Source: Phoronis australis
Lineage: Eukaryota > Animalia > Phoronida
Length of the DNA stretch: 64,000 nucleotides
Direction of reading: 5' to 3'
NCBI GenBank assembly: GCA_002633005.1
Contig: NMRA01000172.1
Coordinates: 709,950-773,949 of the forward strand
Shown here: positions 11,850 to 22,986 of the stretch, piece by piece
How the letters are laid out: each line of letters begins with the position of its first letter
Numbering within the stretch: the stretch's first letter is position 1
Notes under the pieces: model-generated
Seen by the model: only the letters and a program-made list of their open reading frames with translations
The model's database searches: none
Told to the model about the DNA's origin: nothing
Made by a program: the position numbers and the translations under genes

Positions 11850-13110
11850 AGGTAGGTTAAAGACGGACAATAATAATTGTTGCAGCTTCTGGTACTACTA
11901 ACCGCAATGATACCGAAATCAGATACAATTTTGAATTTGTTTCTGATTCAAAGCGCTTCACGTAATCACCGTACCCGCCCAACTTCTCCCGAATGGTGTT
12001 TGCGTAGATGACTGGATCGCGCAGACGATTAGAGGAGTCTTGATGTTGTTCATCGGCATTGAGCGCGGGTGGTGGCTACACCTAGCTAAGTTAAGTAACA
12101 GCGAGAGAGATGTCAAAAAGTATCGCGGTGTGAATGCCTTAAAAATCGACCAAAAAACAAAACAGTGGCAAAAAGGTTTACCCGGTATCTGTTATCTTTG
12201 GTGTATTTGCTAGCATAGTACCATAAAGTGCAGGCAATTTCAAATTTCGAATTGAAAGTGATCGCCAATGATGTTGTTATCCACTTGTGGATTGGTGGAT
12301 GGATTGACATGCATGCGTTTCCGATATTTTGAGTTCAGTGCACGCCGAAGGTAAGTTCTTTACAGGCATTCCTCCGTCGTTGCTCAAAAACCATACATTG
12401 GAATACCGTGTTTTCTTTCACTGGCAAATCTCCAACGAGCATGTTCAGGGAAAGTAGGTCTAGAACTAATAAGACTTTGGTCAATGGACAAAGTCTTTTC
12501 TAGTAAATTTCCAGTAAATGGTGCACAGCCTTTCAGACTTCATACGAGAAACAAACTTGATGGAAAGACTTCTAAGGTTGGACGTCACTACTCCAAATGT
12601 TCACTACTCTAAAGGTTCGCTACCTTCGATAGTTCACTACTTCGAATGTACACAATTCCGAAACCAGAGAACTCTGACAGTTCCGACGCGGCCTTGCGCG
12701 TGGTTCCAGTGGGTGAGACTGAGTCGCAGCAGCCCTAAACTTTTCAGTACTGCAGTGAAATGATGCGATCTTGGCACGGAATTGTTCAACGTATCGTCTT
12801 ATTCTTTTTAAAATGCAAGTATGTACTCATTTTCTGTACTCATAAGACATGCGGGCAAGTTCACGTGGGCATGAAGTCCAAACAAAGGGTTTTATTGCCG
12901 GGCGTTGTTTTCGAGTGTCTAATGAGGTGTAAGACTTAAGTGGGTTTCAGATTTGAAAGTTCGGCAGGAGGTAACGTGAGAACGTTCTTTCTGAAACATA
13001 TTAGATCCGAATGGAAGTTCCGTTCTTTGCTAGCAACAGTCACGGTATCCTTAAGTCTGCTGTTACGAATTCCATCTTATTTCAGGATCATACAACTGAG
13101 AGTTAATTCA
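11850..13110 (+). repeat. Interspersed repeat family A, copy 1
   Basis: Colinear with 21848-22980 + 28786-29220 and with 17880-19485 (e.g. TGGTACTACTAACCGCAAT, GGATTGACATGCATG, TTAGATCCGAA); contains CCGAAGGTTCACTACT-like 16-bp subrepeats at ~12585-12665. Confidence 0.8.
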
Positions 13111-13317
13111 TGGATTGTATTTATGACAGTTTTCATGGTTTATCAATTTAGGTATTTCCTTGTACATTGTACATATTAAGTTTAAAATTATCTATTATTG
13201 AGTAGAGACAACATTCTTGGGACATCTATTTACTTCTTCATGGAATATATATAAGTTCAATACTTTTGTTTATGTTTCATCATTACGGCGTTTTCCCATT
13301 GCTCCCAACTTGTTCGA

Positions 13318-14213
13318 CTCGCATTCCCAAATCTCTTCATAATCAAAGCCTTGATCGATGATATAATCTCTAATTGTTCTGGTGTTTTCCATCAGTTCAC
13401 TCATGGCGACGTTTCGAGTTTCGTTCCTCGTCCTCGGAGTCCAGACTTAATTTTTCGTGAGACGAAAGTCGTGGACGTGCCAGTAACAACCTTGGAATTG
13501 GAACACTTTGTGCGACTGACGACAGAATCCGTCCACTGGAATACGACGCTGACCTACCCTTTTTTCAATGTTGAACTGGTGACGGATACTGATTCCTCGT
13601 TGCCACGCTACGTAATCCAACCAAGCCGTTGCCTTTCGCGCCTTAGGGTGGGAAAATTCTCGTTGGAAATTGTTTTCTTGCCTACGACTACTAAATGGTC
13701 CTGTCGGTTGCTCGTTCATAATGCTGCGAAGGTAAAGAGCCTTACATCGAATCGCAGAATCTTTGACACCGCCTTTGGTATTTTTACCGCTTTTTCCATC
13801 TCTCTTTGACGTATAAATGTCTTTCCCTTTTCGTGGTATCTGTGGAAAACAATACTAGGACCTCCGACGATATTCTGTTTGAAGGTATAATACAAGTCTG
13901 TGTTTTTCCTCAAAGAGCGTAAAGAATACGTTACCGACATTTTTGAAGAGAACCTTCATGGTCAGTCCGGGCACGCTTATACCATCCTTGAAGAGGCCTA
14001 CGCCCTTTTCCCTATAGAATGCCGTCTAGGTATCGACGGCTTCCAGCATGGGTCCGGTTATTGTACCACACCAAAAAATCTTCCAGACTCTTCATGTTGT
14101 TGCCTTCCCATGCCCTCTGACAGAGGGCATAATCGTCGCCGCTTATCCCCTCCCCTTTCAAACTGTTGTTAAAAGCCGCTTGAGGCTAGAGCCGTTTCCT
14201 CTAATTAACGCAA
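13318..14213 (-). pseudogene. Polinton/Maverick protein-primed DNA polymerase B fragment (exonuclease end, motif A, VSR-like insert)
   Basis: Frameshifted translation: PMLEAV..FYREKG..LFKDGISVPGLT..LF..FFTLFEEK, DLYYTFKQNIVGGPSIVFHRYHEKGKT, EQPTGPF, WLDYVAWQRGISIRHQFN..VDGFC..VFQFQGCYWH, EIWECE. Runs into the N gap. Confidence 0.88.
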
Positions 14214-14577
14214 NNNNNNNNNNNNNNNNNNNNNNNNNNNNNNNNNNNNNNNNNNNNNNNNNNNNNNNNNNNNNNNNNNNNNNNNNNNNNNNNNNNNNNN
14301 NNNNNNNNNNNNNNNNNNNNNNNNNNNNNNNNNNNNNNNNNNNNNNNNNNNNNNNNNNNNNNNNNNNNNNNNNNNNNNNNNNNNNNNNNNNNNNNNNNNN
14401 NNNNNNNNNNNNNNNNNNNNNNNNNNNNNNNNNNNNNNNNNNNNNNNNNNNNNNNNNNNNNNNNNNNNNNNNNNNNNNNNNNNNNNNNNNNNNNNNNNNN
14501 NNNNNNNNNNNNNNNNNNNNNNNNNNNNNNNNNNNNNNNNNNNNNNNNNNNNNNNNNNNNNNNNNNNNNNNNNNNNN
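14214..14577. other. Assembly gap (364 N)
   Basis: Run of N. Confidence 1.
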
Positions 14578-14800
14578 GTCTATATAAATATAACTGGACC
14601 CATCGTAACGGGTCCAGTTATATACATATATAGGTTGACCTGCAGGGATGGGTCTGTCTATATAAATATAACTGGACCCATCGTAACGGGTCCAGTTATA
14701 TACATATATAGGTTGACCTGCAGGGATGGGTCTGTCTATATAAATATAACTGGACCCGTTACGACGGGTCCAGTTATATACATATAGATAGACCCATTCC
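14578..14800. repeat. 78-bp tandem repeat of hairpin-forming units
   Basis: Units start at 14578, 14656 and 14734; each contains TATAACTGGACCC-loop-GGGTCCAGTTATA. Confidence 0.92.
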
Positions 14801-15056
14801 ACATTTGGTGTCCCCATTTTTGTCCATGAAAAGCGAACTTTTATTAGATAAGAAAAGTTCAAATTAAATAAGAAGCTGTTGTCATGATTTTGCGTTCTCT
14901 CTCCCAGGTTAGTTTAGGACCTCCAACTTTTTACGTTGGTTCAATTTAAGGTGAATTTTTTCTACTTTTATTCTCGTTTGGCTTGAATTAGAAGTCACAT
15001 GTATCAATTGTACCCGTTGTATGTGATTGCATCTTGATAACCAGCACAACAATTCA

Positions 15057-16909
15057 AGACTTGTATTATACCTTCAAACAGAATATCGTTGGAGGTCCTA
15101 GTATTGTTTTCCACAGATACCACGAAAAGGGAAAGACGTTTATACGTGAGAGGGAGATGGAGAAAGCGGGAAAAATACCAAAGGCGGTGTCAAAGATTCT
15201 GGTATTCGATGTAAGGCTCTTTACCTTCACAGCATTATGAACGAGCAACCGACAGGACCATTTATTCGTCGTAAGCAAGAAATACTTTCCAACGAGAATT
15301 TTCTAACCCTAAGGCTCGAAAGGCAACGGCTTTGTTGGATTACGTAGCGTGGCAACGAGGAATCAGTCTCCGTCACTAGTTCAACATGGTTGAAAAAGGG
15401 TGTGTCAGCGTCGTATTCCAGTGGACGGATTCTGTTGTCAGTCACACAAAGTGTTCCAATTCCAAGGTTGTTACTGGCACGGCCACGACTGTCGTCTCAC
15501 GAAAAATGACGACGGGCCTCCGAGGACGAGGAACGAAACTCGAAACGTCGCCATGAGTGAACTGATAGAAAACACCAGAAAAATTAAAGATTATATCACC
15601 GATCAAGGCTTAATTTGATTACAAAGAGATTTGGGAATGCGAATTTGAGGATTTGAAACGGCAAGACGATACCCTAAGTTCTTTTCTCAGAAGACGAGAG
15701 TTGTCCGCGGAACGTTTCTACTGCTTGACGAGCGAACAAATACATGTAAAATCATTCGTTCTAGACGGCATTCTGTTCGAGATTGTGGAGTGTGACATCG
15801 ATGTCCCGAGCCATCTGAAAGAGCACTTTTCAGAAATGCAGCCTATATTCAAGAATGTACAAATCACCAGAGACGACCTAGGAGACTTTATTCGGGAGTA
15901 TGCCGAGAAAAGCAAAATCATGAGCCGACCACGAAGATCTCTGGTAGGAAGTTTCTTCGATAAGAAAATTGTGTTGGCGACCCCCCTTCTGAAATGGTGC
16001 TTGGAACACGGCCTGAAGATAACAAACGTCTATCAAGTGGTCGAATTTGCTCCCGTAAAATGCTTCGAGCGTTTTGGTGAGGAAGTCAGCGACGCAAGGC
16101 GGGAAGAGGACAAAGACAAAAACAAAGCGATCGTAGCGCAAACGATGAAACTCATAAGGAACAGCGCGTATGGTAAGACGGTAACAAATCAAGAAAGACG
16201 TCGTGACGTGAAATATTGCGGAGAGGCTAAGGCTCAACGGGAAGTCCAGTTCCCGGAATTTAGACACGTCAACTACATCGGGGACAGAACCTATGAATTG
16301 GAGATGAAAAAAAGACCATCTGCCTGAAGCTGCCGCTTCAAATACGCTTTTTCGTTTATCAGTACGCAAAGTTGCGCATGTTGGAGTTTTACTACGACTT
16401 CATGTTAAGATTCGTCGATAGATCCGATTTCGAATATTGCGAAATGGACACGGACTCGGCGTACATGGCTATATCCGGTAACTGTCTTGAGGACGTGATC
16501 AAACCAGACATGCGAGCAGCATTCGAGAGGGAAAAACATCTTTGGTTTCCGCGAACGGACACGGAAGAAAACGAAGCTTACGACACACCCACGCCCGGCT
16601 TATTGAGACTGGAATTTGAAGGGGACTACTGCATCGCCCTTTGCTCTAAAACATTTTACGTGGGGGCGGACGACGGTCAATTCCATTTTAGCTGCCAGAG
16701 TGCAAAGACAAAGAAATGAAATCGACAAGGCGAGGTATCTCAAAGTATTACACACCACAAAGAGTAGCTCGGCCCTCAACAAAGTATTCCAGTTAGGTGG
16801 CGATAACACTATGTATGCCTATCTGCAAGAGAGGTGCGCGTTCACCTACTTTTATCCCAAAAGACGAGTGTTCGACGACGGCGTCACCACTGGACCTTAT
16901 AACATTTAA
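15057..16909 (+). pseudogene. Polinton/Maverick protein-primed DNA polymerase B, palm to C-terminus, frameshifted
   Basis: NIVGGPSIVFHRYHE; disrupted motif A (FD..ALY); VSR-like insert (VDGFC, FQFQGCYWHGHDC, IWECE); TPR-like EMQPIFKN; motif B KLIRNSAYGK; motif C YCEMDTDS; TPGLLRLEFEG..IALCSKTF; C-terminal YFYPKRRVFDDGVTTGP. Several stops and frameshifts. Confidence 0.93.
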
Positions 16910-17589
16910 TTCGGACATTTGATAATTTACTGTAAACTATTTTAACGGATTCTTAACGTCTTGTTTTTTGTAGTGTACATGTATTCGTTCTTTGTCATTA
17001 ACACACGTTTTAAACACTATCGGTTTTATGTTCTGTGTTAGCTGGTCGCATCTTATTATGTTTAGCTTAGTATCGTCGGGTCCTGGGTTAGACTTTACAA
17101 TATGATGTACAACGACGACACTTGGCGTACACGAAATAAGTTTTGTTCTTATTCAGCAGCGTCATCCCTCTTTTGTTTCGGTTCTCGATCCGTTGCGAGG
17201 AGCCGCACAAACGGGCATGGAAGTGTCTCTCTAACGGGGCTTATTAAACCTATTACGTCATAAGGTGTGACGTCATTGACACATCCGTCCGGTAGGCGAA
17301 TGGTGTCTCTTCCGATTGCAGTCATCCCACTTGATATTTGACCTTTTCCTTTCGCATGATGACCTTTGACTCGAGACCCGCTCAAACGGGCGTCCTAAAC
17401 CTCTTACTACACTACTTGCACCATTATCGTCAATATTATCGCTGGCCAAATGCATGAACGTTACTCCGTTAAATTACGTGCGTAAGTTAATTCTTGTTAG
17501 AGGTGTAAAGTAATTGTTTACGGTGTAAAGTAATCATCTGTGTCGTAAAGTAATTATTTCGACATATTATTTATGACGTACGAAGTAAT

Positions 17590-17830
17590 TATTATGATCG
17601 ACATATGTCCCGATTAATAGATAAATGATACGTACGTCGCAAGCTCGTTACCAGAAATGAAAAGGAGACCGAGGTAGGCGATATAAGGTCATTTATTATG
17701 ACTAAAACAATTACAATAAAATGAATACAGGTAAATAACGTATATTAGGTAATCTCTGGTAAGATGCGCAATAAAAAGCGCCACAAGAGATTGCTTTACG
17801 CCACAATTAATTACGTCTCCAACAAAAATT
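17590..17830 (+). pseudogene. Decayed N-terminal fragment of a GPCR paralogue
   Basis: DNA similarity to 39408-39600; translation YDRHMSRLIDK*YVRRKLVT aligns to YDVQLYTSLAKQCLKDSPLLT of the intact GPCR; RDCFT lies near the expected SMB DCC position. Confidence 0.4.
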
Positions 17831-17879
17831 ATCTTATACAAGTAATTTACCGCCGTAACGTTCACCCATTTGACCAACG

Positions 17880-19485
17880 ATACACCATAGTGTAACAAGA
17901 GAGTCTAGAAGTAAATGTCTATAACTAGTTAAGCTTTAAAGCAGCGAAAGAGCTCTCACAAAGTAGTGTGGCGTGAATGTTTTGAAATCAACCAAGAAAC
18001 AAAACAGCAGAAACGTTATCTGCTATTTTGGTATACTTGCTAGCACAGAATGGTACGGTGCAGGCATTTCAAATCTCGAATTGAAGGTGATCGTCAAATG
18101 ATTGTTGTTCATCCATTGTCCATTTTGATTGTGGAATGGTGGATTGACATGCATGCGCGTGTATACGTGAGTGCATTTCTATTCTTTTAAATCCAGTACA
18201 CACCGACGGTGAGTTCACTGAAGGCCTTCCTCTGGCGCAGCTCAAACAAAAATCAGACATTTAAATACTGTGTGTTCTTGCACTGAGAAAACGAGCATGT
18301 TCACAGTATTAGGGAAAAGTAGGTGTAGACCTAATAATGACAAACTTTGGTCAATGAAGGAAGTACTCTCTTGTCAATCAATATCAATGGTGCACAGGCT
18401 CGATGGAAAAGATTTCCATGTCACCGTTCCGAAAGTTCTCTACTCCGAAAGCCCACTACTCCGAAGGTTCGCCACCCTCACAAGTTCACTTCTTCGAATG
18501 TCCACAGTTCCAAAACCAGAACTCGGAAAATTCATCGCTCTGATTGTCTGCTAATGACTCGGAAGTGACAGGAATAAAATATTGTATCTGTGCCCATCAT
18601 GTAGTAAACATTGAAAGGGAGAGTGCCAGAGTTACACAGTCTTATAACATTGGTTACATCTTTTACAAATGAGCTCAGTTCCAACCACTTCCAATCGTGA
18701 TTCTTGGATCTAAGTAACGACGCACTCTCAAGCAGGGACAACATCTGGGGCACGGGTCAGGGCTGCGGCGACCAACGGCGGTTTCAACTTTAAGAAGACT
18801 GAATGGGACTGATTTTGAGAAGACTGGCTGGGACAAGATAGCCTTCTAACCAAATTTAGTTTCGACCGGCCGTGAGCGCGGTTCCGTTGGGTGAGGTAAT
18901 AATTTATCGATATCCCTACTTCGTATTCTCTTTCTGTCACCTGCTAATGCATCGCTGGCGTCAATCTTCCAACTTTGGTATCTTTTTAAAAATGCAAGAA
19001 CGTACTTGGTTTTCCGTATTCGTAAGGCATGGGCATGAAATCAGTAATAACCGGACGTTGTTTTCGGTATAGGTACACCACTCAGCGCATCTAGTAGTAT
19101 CGTTTACTTTATGCAAGGAGTATAAAAATGAAACCCGAGTTCTAAAATTTAGATATCGGAGTAGTGAACCTTCGGAGTAGTGAACCTTCAGAATAGTGGG
19201 CTGTTTCCATTTCCAGCGATGTAATTAACACGCAAAAAACAACCAGATAAAAATTTCGTCTAGTCATTCTCAGCCTTAAAAATTCCCTCCAAGTTTGTAT
19301 TTAAGCACGCTTAATTTGAAAGTTTGGCGGAAAGTAACGCGAGAACGTTCTCTTTCTGGACGACATTACGACAAATTCGAATTTGAGTCCCATTCTTTAC
19401 GAGCAACTGTTGCCGCGGCATCCTCATTTCCGTCTCATCTCAGGAACATAGAGCTGAGAGTCGTCGTTATGTATAGACAGATTCC
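17880..19485 (+). repeat. Interspersed repeat family A, copy 2
   Basis: Colinear with copies 1 and 3; 16-bp subrepeats at ~18427-18510 and, inverted, at ~19156-19200. Confidence 0.8.
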
Positions 19486-19652
19486 ATTACGGAAACTGCC
19501 GAATTCCTGGGGAGCGCCATATTGAGATCACGCCATTGCTAGCCTATAACACTGGAGTCAGTACAGCCTGCCTGTAAAACCAGCTTTCTGAGCTGGTGTG
19601 CTTGCCTGTGTTTTGTATTTGGTAGCAGATCAGCTGATTTGAAATCACTGAC

Positions 19653-20137
19653 AGGGAGTGAAACCTAAAGCCAGTACAAATCACATAGTACTGCAAAGTA
19701 TATGGTTGCAATTGCACCAAAATGGGTACACCATGTACGTATCTAAAGCATTTGGGAGACAGGGGTAGTGACAAATGACAAATACATTGTTAAAAAATCT
19801 GGAGTTCTGAAATACCTTTTACCCAAAGACAAAGTTATGGCAGATACAAGTTTTACTATTGATGAACTCCTGTTTCCAAGACGAGTTAAATTAAACATAT
19901 CAGCTTTCACCAAAGGCAAGTCACACCTTAGTAAAAAAGGTCTAACAAAAACATAGCGCATTTCCACAGTAAGAATCCATTTGGAGCGAGCAATACGGAG
20001 AATTAAAAGTTTTCAAAATTGTGAGTACCAGTATTGCTGTGTAAAGCTTAGAATCAGTGGATAACTACTTTATTTTCTGTGCTGGGCTTGTGAACCTACG
20101 TGCTGATCTAATCAGAGATCAAAATTTGGAAGACTAA
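19653..20137 (+). mobile_element. ISL2EU (PIF/Harbinger-related) DDE transposase remnant
   Basis: SQYKSHSTAKYMVAIAP...DKYIVKKSGVLKYLLPKDKVMADTSFTIDELLF...LNISAFTKGKSHLS...T*RISTVRIHLERAIRRIK...CAGLVNL matches the DDE_Tnp_4 pattern. Confidence 0.88.
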
Positions 20138-20180
20138 CTTCCGGAGATTTTAAGTTGCCCATTCCAAGTGGTAACTTGTA

Positions 20181-20415
20181 CTAGCTAAAGAATTTCTGAA
20201 AGTAAAATGTACGCAACCGTGCAACAGTTTGCTCAACAAAGCTTTCACTGTGTAGCACATCTATGTCATAATAAAATCATTTTCACGAACTTTAATATTA
20301 GCGCCTACGTAAATAAAGGTGGTGTTTCTGTTTTGGCATAAAACAAATGTAATCAAGATCACTATTAGTTGTGTACAGGACTAGTTTTGCTGTCTTAAGT
20401 CCAGTACAAAACACA
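20181..20415 (-). mobile_element. YqaJ/lambda-exonuclease-like C-terminal remnant (second ORF of ISL2EU)
   Basis: FCTGLKTAKLVLYT and IDVLHSESFVEQTVARLRTFYFQKF*, convergent with the transposase. Confidence 0.6.
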
Positions 20416-20969
20416 CAATAACGCAATATTAGGAAATAGTTATTTGGCTCTGGAATGTTTCTGTGAACACTGTGTCATCCTGTTAAGAACGTGTGTGGAT
20501 AGATTCCAGGGGACAGTTCAGCCTCAAGAAAGTAAACAAGTCATTAGAGTACATGACCAACGCTGGAGCAGATCCATTTGAAATAATTAAAACCCAAGTT
20601 AGAACAATAAACAAATAACAAATTCACGTCAGGTCACATATCTAATAAAACACAGACCTTATACAACCCAGGAATATGACTTAGAATAGCTCACTACCAT
20701 GCTGAACTGCTGTGCTGTTTTTGTTTTGAGCATTCGTGTAATGGCTGACTTTGGTATGCGAGGCCTGTGGCTGTTATGTAAACTATAGTACGAAGTTACA
20801 CGATCTCTGTCTATACAATCCTTCCCCCTAATTAGGGTATGTCAAGGGCCTTACTGAAAACTATAGTGTCGACCTTTGCAATTAAAATATGAAAGGTTCA
20901 CCTGGAGCCGGAATAGGTTCGTCATTGGTTTCTAGAAGCAGTATAAGATGGCCACTTACATGTACATAG

Positions 20970-21471
20970 AGACGTGGTGGGTTGTTTGCAGACGTTTCGA
21001 CCTGGTTCGCTAGGCTCAAGTTTATCGATGAATGAGGGATTTCCCGCCTTTCGATGGAGAATAGGCTCGTCATTGGTCTCCAGAGATCTCTATACCATCT
21101 GAAATGTGACCAGGATCCCAACCACACCTTCATTGGAGAAACCAAGAGACCGTTCCTTACCAGATTCAAAGAACATCAGAAACTGGACAGACCAACAGCT
21201 TCAGGGAACACATATTGACGACTAGGCATTTCATATCACTTGCGTCATCCAGGATCCTAGCCAAAGAACAAAATTGGTATGCTCGCAAGCTCAAAGAGTC
21301 CATAAACATCAGCAGTCAGCGCCCCCTCTAGAAGCGGGACCGACTCGGAGGACTCCACTTACCCCCCGTGTATTCCAGCATTCTTAACCAGCGAAATGCG
21401 GGAAATTCCTCATTCATCAATAAAGACCTGGCGCACCAGGTCGAAACGTCTGCAAACAACCCACCACGTCT
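20970..21471 (+). mobile_element. Penelope-like element 3' fragment: GIY-YIG endonuclease flanked by inverted pLTR copies
   Basis: 21088-21390 reads YHLKCDQDPNHTFIGETKRPFLTRFKEH..EH..ILAKEQNWYARKLKESINI..RD..GGLHLPPVYSSIL; 20970-21053 is an imperfect inverted repeat of 21392-21471. Confidence 0.88.
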
Positions 21472-22986
21472 AAGTGACCATTTTATACTACGAAAGGTCA
21501 ACCCTTTCCAGAAATTCGAACCATCCCCTTTTTTCTCAATTACACTATCTTGTCAGCTCACCATTGACCAGAATGGCTCAAATCAGTGTTCGAGTTAACC
21601 ACAATAAACTTGGATTACAAACTGTCGACAAAACGACAATGTTCAGCGTTAGCTTGATATTTCTGTAGGGCATCACATTTTCATGATTATTCCAAAAAAG
21701 ACAATAGAAAGCACGTTGAAAGCAGTTTCGGGTGGCGTTTCATCTCCCCACATCCAGGCCCGTACCCAAGGTGTCGTGGAAAGGGATTTGGACTGGGTTC
21801 AATCGAACCCAACGCGGAAAAGGTCCAGCTCGAGCCTATCCGTTAAAGATAGGATAAAGACGGACATTAACAACAAAATTGTTGCAGCAACTGGTACTAC
21901 TAACCGCAATAATAACGAAGTCAGAAATAATTTTGAATTTGCTTCTGGTTCAAAGGGCTTCACGTAATCACCGGGCCGTACCCGGCCAACTTCGCCAGAG
22001 TGGTGTTTGCGTAAACGACAGGATCGTGCAGACGATTAGCGGACGCTTTATGTTATCCGTCGGCATTGAACGCCCTTGGTGGCTGCACCATAGGGCAACA
22101 AGGAAGTCTAGAAGTAAATGTTTACACCAAGTTAACTTAGCTACATGTATATAGCAGTGAGTGAGCTCGTAGTGCCATGCGTGTGAATGCTTTAAAAATC
22201 GGGCCAAGAAACAAAACAGCAGCAAAAAGGTTTATACCGTTTACGAGATTTTTGGCGTACTTACTTGCATAGTACGATAATGTGCACGGATTTTCAAATT
22301 TCAAATTGAAAGTTATCGTTAATGATGTTGTAACTTGTTCATCCAGTATCCACTTTGATTGTGGATTGATGGATTGACATGCATGTGTTTCCTTTCTTTT
22401 CAGTACACGCCGACGGTAAGTTCACTATACAGGCAGTCCTCCGTCGTTGTTCAAAAAAACAGACATTTAACTACCATGTTTTCTTGCACTGAGAAATCTC
22501 CGACGAGCAAGTTTAGGGAAAAGTATAGGTCAATGAAGAAAGTACAACATCTGAGGCTCGGGTCATTGCTGCGGCGACCATCGGCAGTTTCAAATTAAGA
22601 CGACTGAATGGGAGTCTCTGATTTCGTTACCACTGGCAGGGACAAGAAAGCTTAGTAAATACACTTAGTTTCGACGCGGTTGTGCGCGTGGTTCCAGTGG
22701 GTCTAGGTTGAGGCTCAGCGGCCCTAAACTTTTCAGTCGCCGCGCAGTGACACGTAATTAATAAATGTATCGTGGTTAATCATTCGTCAATATTCCGACT
22801 TCATATTCTTTTGAAAATGCAAATGTGTACTCATTTTTCCATTCTCGTAAGACATGTGGGCAATTTCGCATGCGCATAAAATCCCAACGTTTTATTACCG
22901 TGCGTTGTTTTGAGTGCAGATGCACCACTCAGTGCGCATCTAATAACCGAAGTGTCGTTTATTTTTGTAAGAGTATCAAAATTTAA

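Noticed and set aside
14048-14862. Long ORFs of 179 and 234 aa in the track
   Set aside because: Artefacts of the N gap and the 78-bp tandem repeat.
16910-17590. Possible Polinton terminal inverted repeat or additional viral genes
   Set aside because: No clear (AG)n/AGT terminus with a matching partner and no recognisable capsid, integrase or protease motifs.
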